DNA of 64,000 nt from Nitrosopumilaceae archaeon (GTDB taxonomy: Archaea; Thermoproteota; Nitrososphaeria; Nitrososphaerales; Nitrosopumilaceae): assembly GCA_965207375.1 (NCBI GenBank), contig OZ242274.1, positions 1,696,001-1,760,000 of the forward strand. The letters run 5' to 3'. The translations under genes were made by a program, and so were the position numbers. The notes beneath the pieces are model-generated. The model searched no databases and was not told the origin of the DNA. It was given only the letters and a program-made list of their open reading frames with translations. This document shows, piece after piece, positions 31,166 through 40,891 of this stretch (positions are counted from its first letter, which is position 1; every line of letters begins with the position of its first letter).

Positions 31166-32533
31166 TTATTGCACGTACAGTGCAGCGTTTGATATTACTG
31201 TCCTCCATTTTTGTCCGTGTATAGTTATACCTGCAGCCTCTGCAGGCGTCTTGCCTCCAAGACTCGAGTGAGGTCGCATGAAATTGTAATAAATATCACA
31301 TCCTGCAAATATTGGCGAGTTTTTACTTTTAATGCCGCGTCTGGGTCGTTGTATAGCACGTAATGTCCCGTTGAATCTTTCCTGGACATTGTTGTTGTTC
31401 TTTTTGGAAATTCCTGCATTTGATATGTGTGTGCAATGTTGATGTAGTGCATTTGGTGCAGCATACACTGATTCAAATGCTTGTGCATATGAGGGCAGGG
31501 CATCGCTTACAAATTCTGTAGGTTTCTTTCCGGCACGGGCTGCTGCAGCTTTGAGTAGGTTTTCTGCATTGTGTCCGTCCTTGCAGTTTGCAACCTCCCA
31601 TGCTAGTAAAAATCTGGTATCATAATCAGTCTCTGCAAAAAGATAATTTTGTTTACCTCTTATTGAAATGTATTCCTCGTCTGCACAGAATCGATTGCCT
31701 GTATTAATTGAAAGTGACATCAGGTATACATACACCATTGTTACAAATTTGATTATCCATCTGTATATCGTAGATACACACACATACACTCCCTTTTGTG
31801 CTAGCGTGTCTTGTATTGCACTAGGTGTATGTCCCTTATAGTAGGCATCAAGTGCATCTAGAATCGCCCATGATTCTATTCGTGTGTGTTCCATGCCGCC
31901 CCTGTACCCAAAGACACGATTGCAATTTTTGCATTGGTATCGTTGCGTAGTGCCATGTCTACGCTGTATATGACCATATTTTATGATGTGTTCGTCACCG
32001 CAATGCATACAGTGTGATGGAATCTCTATTAGAACTATTTCTGTGGTTTTTTTCTCAGTATTGTCATCTGCATCTTTGGGCTGTTTGTCCTGGCAAGGCA
32101 GCTTAGCTGCATCTTTGGATTGTTCATCAATTATTGTCTCTGCATCCCTGTCTACAGTATCTGCAATTACTGCTAGGATATGCTTGCATTGAGCCTGTCT
32201 GTATTTGTGATCTGGACAGTCACATGACCAGGAATTTTTTTTCTGTATCACGGTATATCTGATGTTGTCCTTAGATTGGGACTGTACTGTGTAATGGTTA
32301 TGCCTGACTTTTTTTATTGCATTTTGTGTTTCTAGTATTTTCAAGGCACGATTTCCGCGTCCTTGTGCACCCTTGCTCCAAGATACACGTGTACTCATCC
32401 ATCTAGTAACTCTTGTCATTTTGTCAGTACTGCGCGTAAGCAGTACCGATGTCTTGTTTCGTATAGCCTCAAATTTTTCGTGTAGTTTAAATTTTGATCT
32501 TGTATATGATTTTTGATATGTTAGTCCCATCAT
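31166..32533 (-). CDS. IS6/IS240-like DDE transposase with N-terminal SWIM zinc finger
   Basis: CDCPDH...CKH SWIM, Zn ribbon, ADEEY, FVSD, NNVQERFNG and YNFMRPH..L.GKTPAE motifs. Confidence 0.9.
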   Translation of the reverse strand: MMGLTYQKSYTRSKFKLHEKFEAIRNKTSVLLTRSTDKMTRVTRWMSTRVSWSKGAQGRGNRALKILETQNAIKKVRHNHYTVQSQSKDNIRYTVIQKKNSWSCDCPDHKYRQAQCKHILAVIADTVDRDAETIIDEQSKDAAKLPCQDKQPKDADDNTEKKTTEIVLIEIPSHCMHCGDEHIIKYGHIQRRHGTTQRYQCKNCNRVFGYRGGMEHTRIESWAILDALDAYYKGHTPSAIQDTLAQKGVYVCVSTIYRWIIKFVTMVYVYLMSLSINTGNRFCADEEYISIRGKQNYLFAETDYDTRFLLAWEVANCKDGHNAENLLKAAAARAGKKPTEFVSDALPSYAQAFESVYAAPNALHQHCTHISNAGISKKNNNNVQERFNGTLRAIQRPRRGIKSKNSPIFAGCDIYYNFMRPHSSLGGKTPAEAAGITIHGQKWRTVISNAALYVQ

Positions 32534-32774
32534 TGCGAAATACGATGGGACTACATGTCGTGTGTATTTGGATCATGTGGGTTAACAAATTTTGAAAAAA
32601 TGGTTAAATTTTTGATCTCTTTTACCGGTACAAAAGCAAATTATGCTGCAATTGAAGAAATTTTAGGCACGCGCAATCCGGAGAAAATTTGCATAGTGAC
32701 TTTGACCAACAATTAACGCTGGAGAATCATACGAAAAAATAACTTATAAACATCTTTGTTGGCACTAGAAACAA

Positions 32775-35700
32775 TTGAGAAGAATAATTTACGGTATAAT
32801 GTTTTTACTGGTAGCACCAGTCTTGTTTAATGTAGATATATCAGCACAGACCCCAGAATATGTAGATATAGGAGCTCTAATCCCAAAGAGCGGCAACTTG
32901 GCAGACTTGGGCCTCAGATGGGAGGCAGCAACCCAGTTTGGAGTTGAGAGATTCAACCAGTATCTGGAGGATAAAAACGCAGACTGGCGCCTGCGTCTTG
33001 CAGATGCAAACATTTTGGATACAAAATCAGACACAGATGCTGCAAACGATGCTGCTAGAACCCTCACACAGACAAATCAAATAGAATACATTATAGGTCC
33101 TGCAAGATCTAGCGCAGTTGAACAAATAAGACAGACAATGGAAAATGAGGACTGGTCTGCCCTGTTGATTTCGTGCTGTTCTACGGCATCTGAAATTGCA
33201 ATACAGGACACCATATTCAGATTGACTCCGGCAGACGACAAGCAAGGTCCGCACATTGCAAAGTTTTTGCACAACGAGGGAAAACAGGTCATGATTCCAA
33301 TGTGGATAAATGATCCATATGGAAACGGACTAGTCAAAAGTACTGTAGAACGGTTCAAAGAACTTGGCAATACTGCGATATATAGTCCACAGACTGACCA
33401 AAGCGCATCCTTTGATGCAACATCTGAAATCATGGCATACAAAGAATGCAGCGACAAAAATGGCTCAGAGGACGGCAAGGCAAACCCAACATGTGATGAT
33501 CAATTCACAGAAATGATACAAAAGCTAAACGACATTGTAACGATACAGATACTCTCACACGGTGCAGACAAGGTATCCATACTATATGTAGGATTTAACA
33601 CAGATGATATAGCACGTCAGGCAATGCAGTATCCTGCCCTGAAACTAGTACAATGGGTAGGCGCAGATGCATCAGTTTCGCCGTCACTAGTAAGCGATGA
33701 AAACTTGGGAGTGCGTGACTTTTTACACAATGTAAACTTTCGTGCAACCACATTCTCACTTGAAGCAACAACACAGGCACACAGTGATGTAACAAAACAT
33801 TTAGAGGAAAAATTTCCCGGAACACAAATTCTCTCATATGCATATTCCTCATATGATGCAGCATGGGCAATCGGCCTTGCAATAGAACAGACTCGGGCAG
33901 ATTCGGTAAAGGTCACAGTTCAAAATGTAACAGACCGCCTAGCAATGGCAGTTGAAAACCATCCAAATCCCGCACTTGGCACCATAAAGCTTGACAAATA
34001 CGGGGACATTGCAAGTGCAAGCTACGACGTGTACGGCATAGAATCAGATACAATAGGTGTGATACCTGCATGGCACAAGATAGGAACATTTAATCCAGAC
34101 GGTTTGTTTGCACCTTCATTTCGCAACCCCCTACAAACCATAAACATTGGAATACTGCTAAACACAGAAAATTACGGTTCAAACTTTAATGACGGCGTAT
34201 TTGGCGTGACAATGCAGCAGAGCATAAGAGACTGGAATGAGGCAAACACACAACACGAAATCAGACCATACACAATAAGCATATCTGATGGCCCACTAGC
34301 TGCTCTTAACACCTTACACAGCGGAATATATGACGACTTTTACCATCCAAAGCTAAACAAAACAATACACGAGGCCACAAGTACATATGATGGAAGTTTT
34401 GATATCAGTGGAAAATATATCGGCATGTCATACTATCCATTTGTTATAGATTCGCAAGGTATGATTGTACAAGACGGAATCAACATAGGCTCAGAGGACG
34501 GCCACACACAAAACGCAGACATTGATGAAATACCTGGCAGCGATAGAACAGCAGAACAGATGTTTGATCTGTTCAGAGAGACAAATGGACCAAAAGAGCT
34601 GTGGTGGCAATACGAGTACGGGTCACCTGCCATAATCAAGCGTTCATTGTTGATATACCATGAGGAATCAAACTCCATAGTAGGTGCAGGATATCATCCC
34701 ATACTAGGAGGAGATACACAACACAATGACACGCTACGCAAAGTAATACAAGATGCCGAACAGTACGTCAAAGATAACGGAAATGATGTAACTAGTCTCA
34801 ACGGCATATACGATATAAAAACAGCAGATTTGCCATTTTATTCATTTGTCATAGCACCAGACAGAACAGTTGTTGCAAGTTCACTACCCACAGAATCAGT
34901 AGGTAGAAGTGCAGACTTGATACCAATTATCGGCAAAACAATAGATCAAATTGAAGCAGAACTAGATGACACCGGCAAATCATGGGCAAGTTACTTTTTT
35001 TACAATCATCTGACAGGGATAGCAGAGGTAAAACGTGGTCTATTTGAGAGAGCTGAAATAAACGGTACAGAATATACGTTTGGTACAGGATATCACCCAT
35101 ACCAAAAAATATCATATTTCGTAGGTCCCTCATCTAGCGGCAATCTAGAGCCAATAATTGATTATATCAACGAAAATGACTATATACTGATATCGCCAAC
35201 ATCAACTGCACCCTCACTTGGCAAACCAGATAACGTGTTTAGACTATCGCCTCCAGATACGGTCGATGCCATACAGACCATACACCAAATGCGTGATGAT
35301 AACAAAAAGCACATCATACTAGTCCAAAGAGATGATGTCTGGGCCAATGGATTTGCAGACATCATACTGTCACATGAAGATATGGTGTTTTATGACATAA
35401 ATGATGGTACAAATGACATATTGTGGCCTGTAAGCAATATTGATTCTTTTGACTTTGATACATATGCAAAACACCTAGATGCACAGATTCAAGAAACAGT
35501 AACAAAAGCAGGATCAGAGGATCGCGTAGGGATTTTATACATTACATTTTCAGACAATTTTGTAAGATTCCTCAATGCAGTAGATAATCATACAGATATA
35601 GCTGACGACTCTGGCATATTTTCTGTAAAATATTACGGTACAAACTCTATGATAGATTCAATATTGCCAAGTAATGCAAATGCAAGTAAAATAGCCAAGG

Positions 35701-36404
35701 GGGCAGACATCACTGCAACCTCATATAATATACCAGACAACGAAATAAGCCTAGCGCTCAAAGATACGCTCCAGAAATTAGGAATACAGTACACCTCGTA
35801 TTATTTTGCCTCAGCATATGACGCAGTCATGCTCCTAGGAGATGCGGTATCATCTACTGATTCTGTAACAGAGACTGTTCAAAAGATTGCATCAACTAAC
35901 CAATACCTAGGCGCACTAGACAACAACATTGGAATATCACTAGATGCATCAGGTGACCTTGTTGCACACCCAGAGTATAATTCAATATACGAGTTGGCTC
36001 AAACAGGCAACCAATACACATGGCAGCAAAGAGACGATGCATGTTCTGTTGTATTATCAGAGTCCAGTGTAGATTTTGGATCAGTCAATATGCAAAAACC
36101 TCAAAGCAGTATACAAAATATGACATTTACAAATGACGGGACTACAACAATACGCATGATAGATGCAATTGCAGACGACTATGCAGATGCAACAGTAATG
36201 TCATCACTTGTAGAGTTTGGTAAAGACGGTCAAGGGTTTGAACGCCTGCTTGGCAAAAAGACACTTGTCACAGGACTCGAGCCTGGAGAAGCTGTAACCA
36301 TACAGTACAGAATGAACATACAGTATATACAGACAGATACCATACCAGAGGAAATAATACAAAACATATCATACAGAATAACGTGTGATTCGGAGGCATC
36401 CTAA
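32775..36404 (+). CDS. Giant secreted protein with two type-I periplasmic-binding (branched-chain amino acid-like) domains and two inserted Cache-like domains
   Basis: IGALIPKSG, GPARS, ISCCSTA, FRLTPAD and YDA motifs, repeated in a second domain; Cache-like motifs YYPFVID..GAGY and FYSFVI..FGTGY. Confidence 0.8.
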   Translation: MRRIIYGIMFLLVAPVLFNVDISAQTPEYVDIGALIPKSGNLADLGLRWEAATQFGVERFNQYLEDKNADWRLRLADANILDTKSDTDAANDAARTLTQTNQIEYIIGPARSSAVEQIRQTMENEDWSALLISCCSTASEIAIQDTIFRLTPADDKQGPHIAKFLHNEGKQVMIPMWINDPYGNGLVKSTVERFKELGNTAIYSPQTDQSASFDATSEIMAYKECSDKNGSEDGKANPTCDDQFTEMIQKLNDIVTIQILSHGADKVSILYVGFNTDDIARQAMQYPALKLVQWVGADASVSPSLVSDENLGVRDFLHNVNFRATTFSLEATTQAHSDVTKHLEEKFPGTQILSYAYSSYDAAWAIGLAIEQTRADSVKVTVQNVTDRLAMAVENHPNPALGTIKLDKYGDIASASYDVYGIESDTIGVIPAWHKIGTFNPDGLFAPSFRNPLQTINIGILLNTENYGSNFNDGVFGVTMQQSIRDWNEANTQHEIRPYTISISDGPLAALNTLHSGIYDDFYHPKLNKTIHEATSTYDGSFDISGKYIGMSYYPFVIDSQGMIVQDGINIGSEDGHTQNADIDEIPGSDRTAEQMFDLFRETNGPKELWWQYEYGSPAIIKRSLLIYHEESNSIVGAGYHPILGGDTQHNDTLRKVIQDAEQYVKDNGNDVTSLNGIYDIKTADLPFYSFVIAPDRTVVASSLPTESVGRSADLIPIIGKTIDQIEAELDDTGKSWASYFFYNHLTGIAEVKRGLFERAEINGTEYTFGTGYHPYQKISYFVGPSSSGNLEPIIDYINENDYILISPTSTAPSLGKPDNVFRLSPPDTVDAIQTIHQMRDDNKKHIILVQRDDVWANGFADIILSHEDMVFYDINDGTNDILWPVSNIDSFDFDTYAKHLDAQIQETVTKAGSEDRVGILYITFSDNFVRFLNAVDNHTDIADDSGIFSVKYYGTNSMIDSILPSNANASKIAKGADITATSYNIPDNEISLALKDTLQKLGIQYTSYYFASAYDAVMLLGDAVSSTDSVTETVQKIASTNQYLGALDNNIGISLDASGDLVAHPEYNSIYELAQTGNQYTWQQRDDACSVVLSESSVDFGSVNMQKPQSSIQNMTFTNDGTTTIRMIDAIADDYADATVMSSLVEFGKDGQGFERLLGKKTLVTGLEPGEAVTIQYRMNIQYIQTDTIPEEIIQNISYRITCDSEAS

Positions 36405-36405
36405 A

Positions 36406-39400
36406 ATGTCAATTATAGGTAAAATTTCACTTTTAGTTATAGTCATGGCGTTTGGAGCCATTACAATAATGTATACAGATGCAGCATATGCACAAGGAGC
36501 AAATGTAGATTCAATAACCTTTGTAAAAGAAACAAATGTCACAGACGCAATACGCGACATGCAAAATGGCGAGCTAGACGTCTATTACAGAAACGTTCCG
36601 CCAAGTACCATAGACGCCTTAGAGTCAACTAAGGGACTGCATCTTTACGAATCAACAGGAGGAATAAGATACAGCATATTTGTAAATCCTGCAGATACAG
36701 AATTTAATCCATTTTCAGACAGAGAGATTCGCTTTGCATTAAACTATATCATTGACAGAGACTATATTCTCAATGACCTTCTTGGGGGCCATGGCAGCAT
36801 ACAGTACTCAAATCTAGGTCCAACACATAGGGATTATAATTCAGTCTCAGATGCACAAAATGCTCTAGGCATAGTGTACAACCAAGACAAGGCAGATCAA
36901 ATCATAACAAAGGTACTAGAGGCAAAGGGTGCATCAAAAAATAATGATGGCATCTGGCAGTACGAGGGAGCAGATGTCGTAATCAAGATGTTCATACGTC
37001 AAGACGATCCTATACGTAAATCCCTAGGAGAGAGAATAGCAACTGAACTAGAAAGCATAGGATTTGTGGTAGAAAAAAGATACGGCAATTTGGCTGATGT
37101 ATATTCTGCCGTATACGGGACAGACCCCAAAGACTATACATGGCATATATACACAGAAGCATGGGCAGGCCAACAGATACGCAAATATGACACCTCAAGT
37201 CAGGCAGGATTCTATGCACCATGGCAAGCCAATATGCCAGGATCCGGAATTGCAAGCTATTGGAACTATCAAAATGACACCATAGACAATACAACACAGA
37301 CAATCTATAACGAATCATTTACAGACGAAGCACAGCGGATAAAACTAGTACAAAGGGCAGACCAAATAGCAATATCTGAAGCTGTGAGAATATTTCTTGC
37401 AAGTCAAAATGAGCTGCACATAGCATCAGAGAATGTATCAGGAATAGTGACAACGCAGGGGGAGGGAATATTATCGCGATTTTCAACCATTAATGCACAT
37501 GTTGAGGGTAAACCCACACTGAACATAGGTGTCAGACATATCAGTCAGGGCGCATGGAATCCAATAGGTGGATTCTCAGACACATACAGCAATACCATAT
37601 GGGACGTACTACATGATCCTTCAATAGACACACATCCAGTTACAGGGGATATAATACCTGTCAGGATAAACTGGATGGTGGACACACATGGTCCAGATGC
37701 AAATGCACAGGTACCAGATGATACCATACACTGGAATCACACAAGCCAAGCATGGGAGACAGTAGAGGCTCAAACCACATACGTAAGCAAGGTCACAGTA
37801 GACATGACATTTAGCAACTGGCACAACGGCCAGCCAATGAATATAAACGACATCATGTACGGCGTATACTTTAGCACGCAATGGGGACAGTCAGAACAGG
37901 GTGATGACACATATGATCAAATATACTCACCTGCAGCAAAGAGATCACTTGAAGAGGTCTCAGGCATACAAGGCATACGCGTATTAAATGATAATACCAT
38001 CGAGGTATATCTGAACTATTGGCATCAAGATGATTCAGAAATAGCAGCAAACGGCATATATTGGAGCGTCATGCCATGGGAGATTTATGCTGCAATAGAA
38101 AAAACAATCATCAATGATCAAGCCACATTTTCAACGCAGGATGATGCACAGATTCCATGGCTTTCACTTGTCAATTCAACACATGCAGGATTTATCAAAG
38201 AGCACCTAGAGAAATTCAAATCAGGCCAGTACGACACACCAGAGGGATTATACAATCAAGAGTTAGATGTTCAACCAAGATACGATGCATCAATAGGGTG
38301 GATAAATACACACAATCATGCAATAATAAGCAACGGACCATTTTATCTAAGTGAGAGTTATGCAAAAGATCAGCAAAGTCTAACAATAAAGGCATTTGAT
38401 GATGACACATATCCGTTTGGTCCAGACAAGTGGGAATATATCATAGCAGAGTCAAGTCCGCTAGGGCAAACCATACAGATAGGCTCCATAGTGCCATTGA
38501 CAGGAGGCGCATCAGGATACGGAATGGATATGGCACATGCAATAGATCTTGCAATACGTGATTTTAACGAAAAAAATACAATACAGTTAGAGCTGACAAG
38601 ACATTCAGACTCTGCAACAAATCCGGTCACCACACAAAAGGCATTTAATGACACGTATAGTTCCGGAATAAGACTGTACATTGGCCCCTCAATTAGTGCA
38701 GATGCAGTGATAAATGACCTGCGAGCAACAAACTCTATATTCATGATATGCTGTCTTGCCACGACACCGGAGGCAATAGATGACAACATATTCAGACTGA
38801 TTGCAAACCATACGGGTCACGGCAATGCATTAGCACACCTTATGAAATCAGAATATACAGATACCGTAATTATAGTTGGGCGCAACAATCCGTGGATTAC
38901 AGATCTGATGGATCAAACAGCTGCAAAGTTTGAGGGGTTGGGCGGTACGGTACACGAGCAAAGAATTCTGTATGATGACACATATGACTCTGCCATAACT
39001 GAGCTTCAGACTGAGCTAAATACGATAGCTGCAGACTGTACTGCATGCAATATTGCTATTTTGTATATCGGCTTTGAGGAGACAGTAGGATTCATGGAAT
39101 CATTACATGATGGCCTGAGAATACCTGAAAACATTCCGCTCTCAATGTACGGGGCAGAGACTAATACGGTAATACCTAAAATAGTTGAGAATCAAAAGGC
39201 TCACGACTTTGGCAAGCGCCTTGCAATGAAAGCAGTACAGCCTATAACATATGAAAATGACATAAACATACATGTAAAATCATACGTAAAACAAAAACTT
39301 GACAGGGATCCTAGCATATACGCATATTCTGCATATGATGCAGTAATGTTGCTTGGAGACTCTTTAATTAATGCAAACAGTACCAATGTGTCAGTACTAA

Positions 39401-40761
39401 AAGAGTCCATAAAGACCACAGGTGTAAACTATAACGGCGCACTAGGCAACATAACACTTGATGCAGCAGGAGATGTAGAAAACATGACCTATGGAGTATG
39501 GGAGCTACAGGATTCATGGATAAACACATTATACTTTGATTATAATACTGCAAGATTTGTAATTACACCAGATACCATACAGCAGGCAAATAAAATAAGC
39601 ACAACACTTGCAGAACCGGTCACGCCACCCGTACAGCCCCAACCACCTGTTGAACCTGAACCACCTGTACAACCAGAGCCCCCTGTAGAACCAATACAGT
39701 CCCAACCACCGGTAGAACCTGAATCTGCACCAAATAGATCAGGATCAGGCGGAGGAGGATTTACACTAGGCCCAGTTGCCGCAGCCTACAACAGATGTGG
39801 GACAAATGATGGTTTTATCATAATAGGTGCAACGTATGGTGATAACATGCTTGCATCAATATCATATGGCGATACCACAATTCCAGGAAAAGACATCAGC
39901 TCAGAGGTTGATTTCTCAAAGTATATCTCAAAGAGAATACCGGTAAATGTGTATGCGTTTAGCTTTGAGAATGTATCAATGGATGCATACCTCAAGGTCA
40001 ACATATATGACAAAAGTGGCAAATTAGCCACAGTGCCATTATCAACAGAGTCGTGTCAGGATGTACATCAATTCGGCATGATTAAAGGAATCACAGCAGG
40101 AGAATCTTTGGCAGATATTGTATCAGTTGGCAAGACAGATGTCTCTGCACCAGAAGAGACAGTAGAATCTGAAGCTAAAGAACCAAAAGATACCATAGAA
40201 TCTGTAGAGACTAAACCCGTAGAGCCTACAGAGACGGATAAAGATGAAAAACAGTCAGAGACTGCACAGCCTGTAGAACCAACAGAGATGGCTGAACCGG
40301 TGGAACCAACAGAGATGGCTGAACCTGTAGAGCCTACAGAGACTGCACAGATAACAGAGCCGGTAGAACCAGTAGCGGTTGCAAATGATTCGGACAACGG
40401 CTGCCTGATTGCAACTGCAGCATATGGAACAGAGCTTGCACCACAGGTACAACAGTTAAGGGAGATAAGGGACAGTATCGTGTTGCCCACACAGGCAGGT
40501 ACCTCATTTATGAGCGCATTTAACAACGCATACTATACATTCTCACCACAGATTGCAGACCTTCAAAGAGAACATGCAGTGTTTAGAGAATCAGTAAAGA
40601 TCTTTATCACTCCAGGAATCACAATACTAGGAGTCATGCACAGCTCAGACGGGTCAGAAGAATCAATACTGTTTTACGGCTCGATTGCAATAGCAATGCT
40701 TGCAGGAATCTACATAGTAGCTCCAACATTTGCAATCAGGACAATATGTAAAAAATTCTAG
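36406..40761 (+). CDS. Peptide ABC SBP (family 5) plus PBP1 fusion with Pro-rich linker and CFI-box-CTERM anchor
   Basis: NPFSDREIRFALNYIIDR, ISNGPFYL, IGSIVPLTG, GCLIATAAYGTELAPQVQQLREIRD and C-terminal TM; ggagg SD before ATG 36406. Confidence 0.88.
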   Translation: MSIIGKISLLVIVMAFGAITIMYTDAAYAQGANVDSITFVKETNVTDAIRDMQNGELDVYYRNVPPSTIDALESTKGLHLYESTGGIRYSIFVNPADTEFNPFSDREIRFALNYIIDRDYILNDLLGGHGSIQYSNLGPTHRDYNSVSDAQNALGIVYNQDKADQIITKVLEAKGASKNNDGIWQYEGADVVIKMFIRQDDPIRKSLGERIATELESIGFVVEKRYGNLADVYSAVYGTDPKDYTWHIYTEAWAGQQIRKYDTSSQAGFYAPWQANMPGSGIASYWNYQNDTIDNTTQTIYNESFTDEAQRIKLVQRADQIAISEAVRIFLASQNELHIASENVSGIVTTQGEGILSRFSTINAHVEGKPTLNIGVRHISQGAWNPIGGFSDTYSNTIWDVLHDPSIDTHPVTGDIIPVRINWMVDTHGPDANAQVPDDTIHWNHTSQAWETVEAQTTYVSKVTVDMTFSNWHNGQPMNINDIMYGVYFSTQWGQSEQGDDTYDQIYSPAAKRSLEEVSGIQGIRVLNDNTIEVYLNYWHQDDSEIAANGIYWSVMPWEIYAAIEKTIINDQATFSTQDDAQIPWLSLVNSTHAGFIKEHLEKFKSGQYDTPEGLYNQELDVQPRYDASIGWINTHNHAIISNGPFYLSESYAKDQQSLTIKAFDDDTYPFGPDKWEYIIAESSPLGQTIQIGSIVPLTGGASGYGMDMAHAIDLAIRDFNEKNTIQLELTRHSDSATNPVTTQKAFNDTYSSGIRLYIGPSISADAVINDLRATNSIFMICCLATTPEAIDDNIFRLIANHTGHGNALAHLMKSEYTDTVIIVGRNNPWITDLMDQTAAKFEGLGGTVHEQRILYDDTYDSAITELQTELNTIAADCTACNIAILYIGFEETVGFMESLHDGLRIPENIPLSMYGAETNTVIPKIVENQKAHDFGKRLAMKAVQPITYENDINIHVKSYVKQKLDRDPSIYAYSAYDAVMLLGDSLINANSTNVSVLKESIKTTGVNYNGALGNITLDAAGDVENMTYGVWELQDSWINTLYFDYNTARFVITPDTIQQANKISTTLAEPVTPPVQPQPPVEPEPPVQPEPPVEPIQSQPPVEPESAPNRSGSGGGGFTLGPVAAAYNRCGTNDGFIIIGATYGDNMLASISYGDTTIPGKDISSEVDFSKYISKRIPVNVYAFSFENVSMDAYLKVNIYDKSGKLATVPLSTESCQDVHQFGMIKGITAGESLADIVSVGKTDVSAPEETVESEAKEPKDTIESVETKPVEPTETDKDEKQSETAQPVEPTEMAEPVEPTEMAEPVEPTETAQITEPVEPVAVANDSDNGCLIATAAYGTELAPQVQQLREIRDSIVLPTQAGTSFMSAFNNAYYTFSPQIADLQREHAVFRESVKIFITPGITILGVMHSSDGSEESILFYGSIAIAMLAGIYIVAPTFAIRTICKKF

Positions 40762-40891
40762 TAAAACTGACACAACAGAAACTATACACAAAGACACATC
40801 TTAATTCAATTTTTGTGTTTTGCATTAAATGATTATAGTTGCATTTATGATACTGTCTAAGTTTATAGATTAGACAAATACAAAATCTACA

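Larger units (their letters stand above)
30962..32711 (-). mobile_element. IS6-like element with long (~48 bp) TIRs
   Basis: tgttggtcaaagtca(a/c)tatgcaaattttctccg(a/g)attgc(c/g)cgtgccta at 30962-31009 and inverted at 32664-32711; no TSD seen. Confidence 0.85.
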
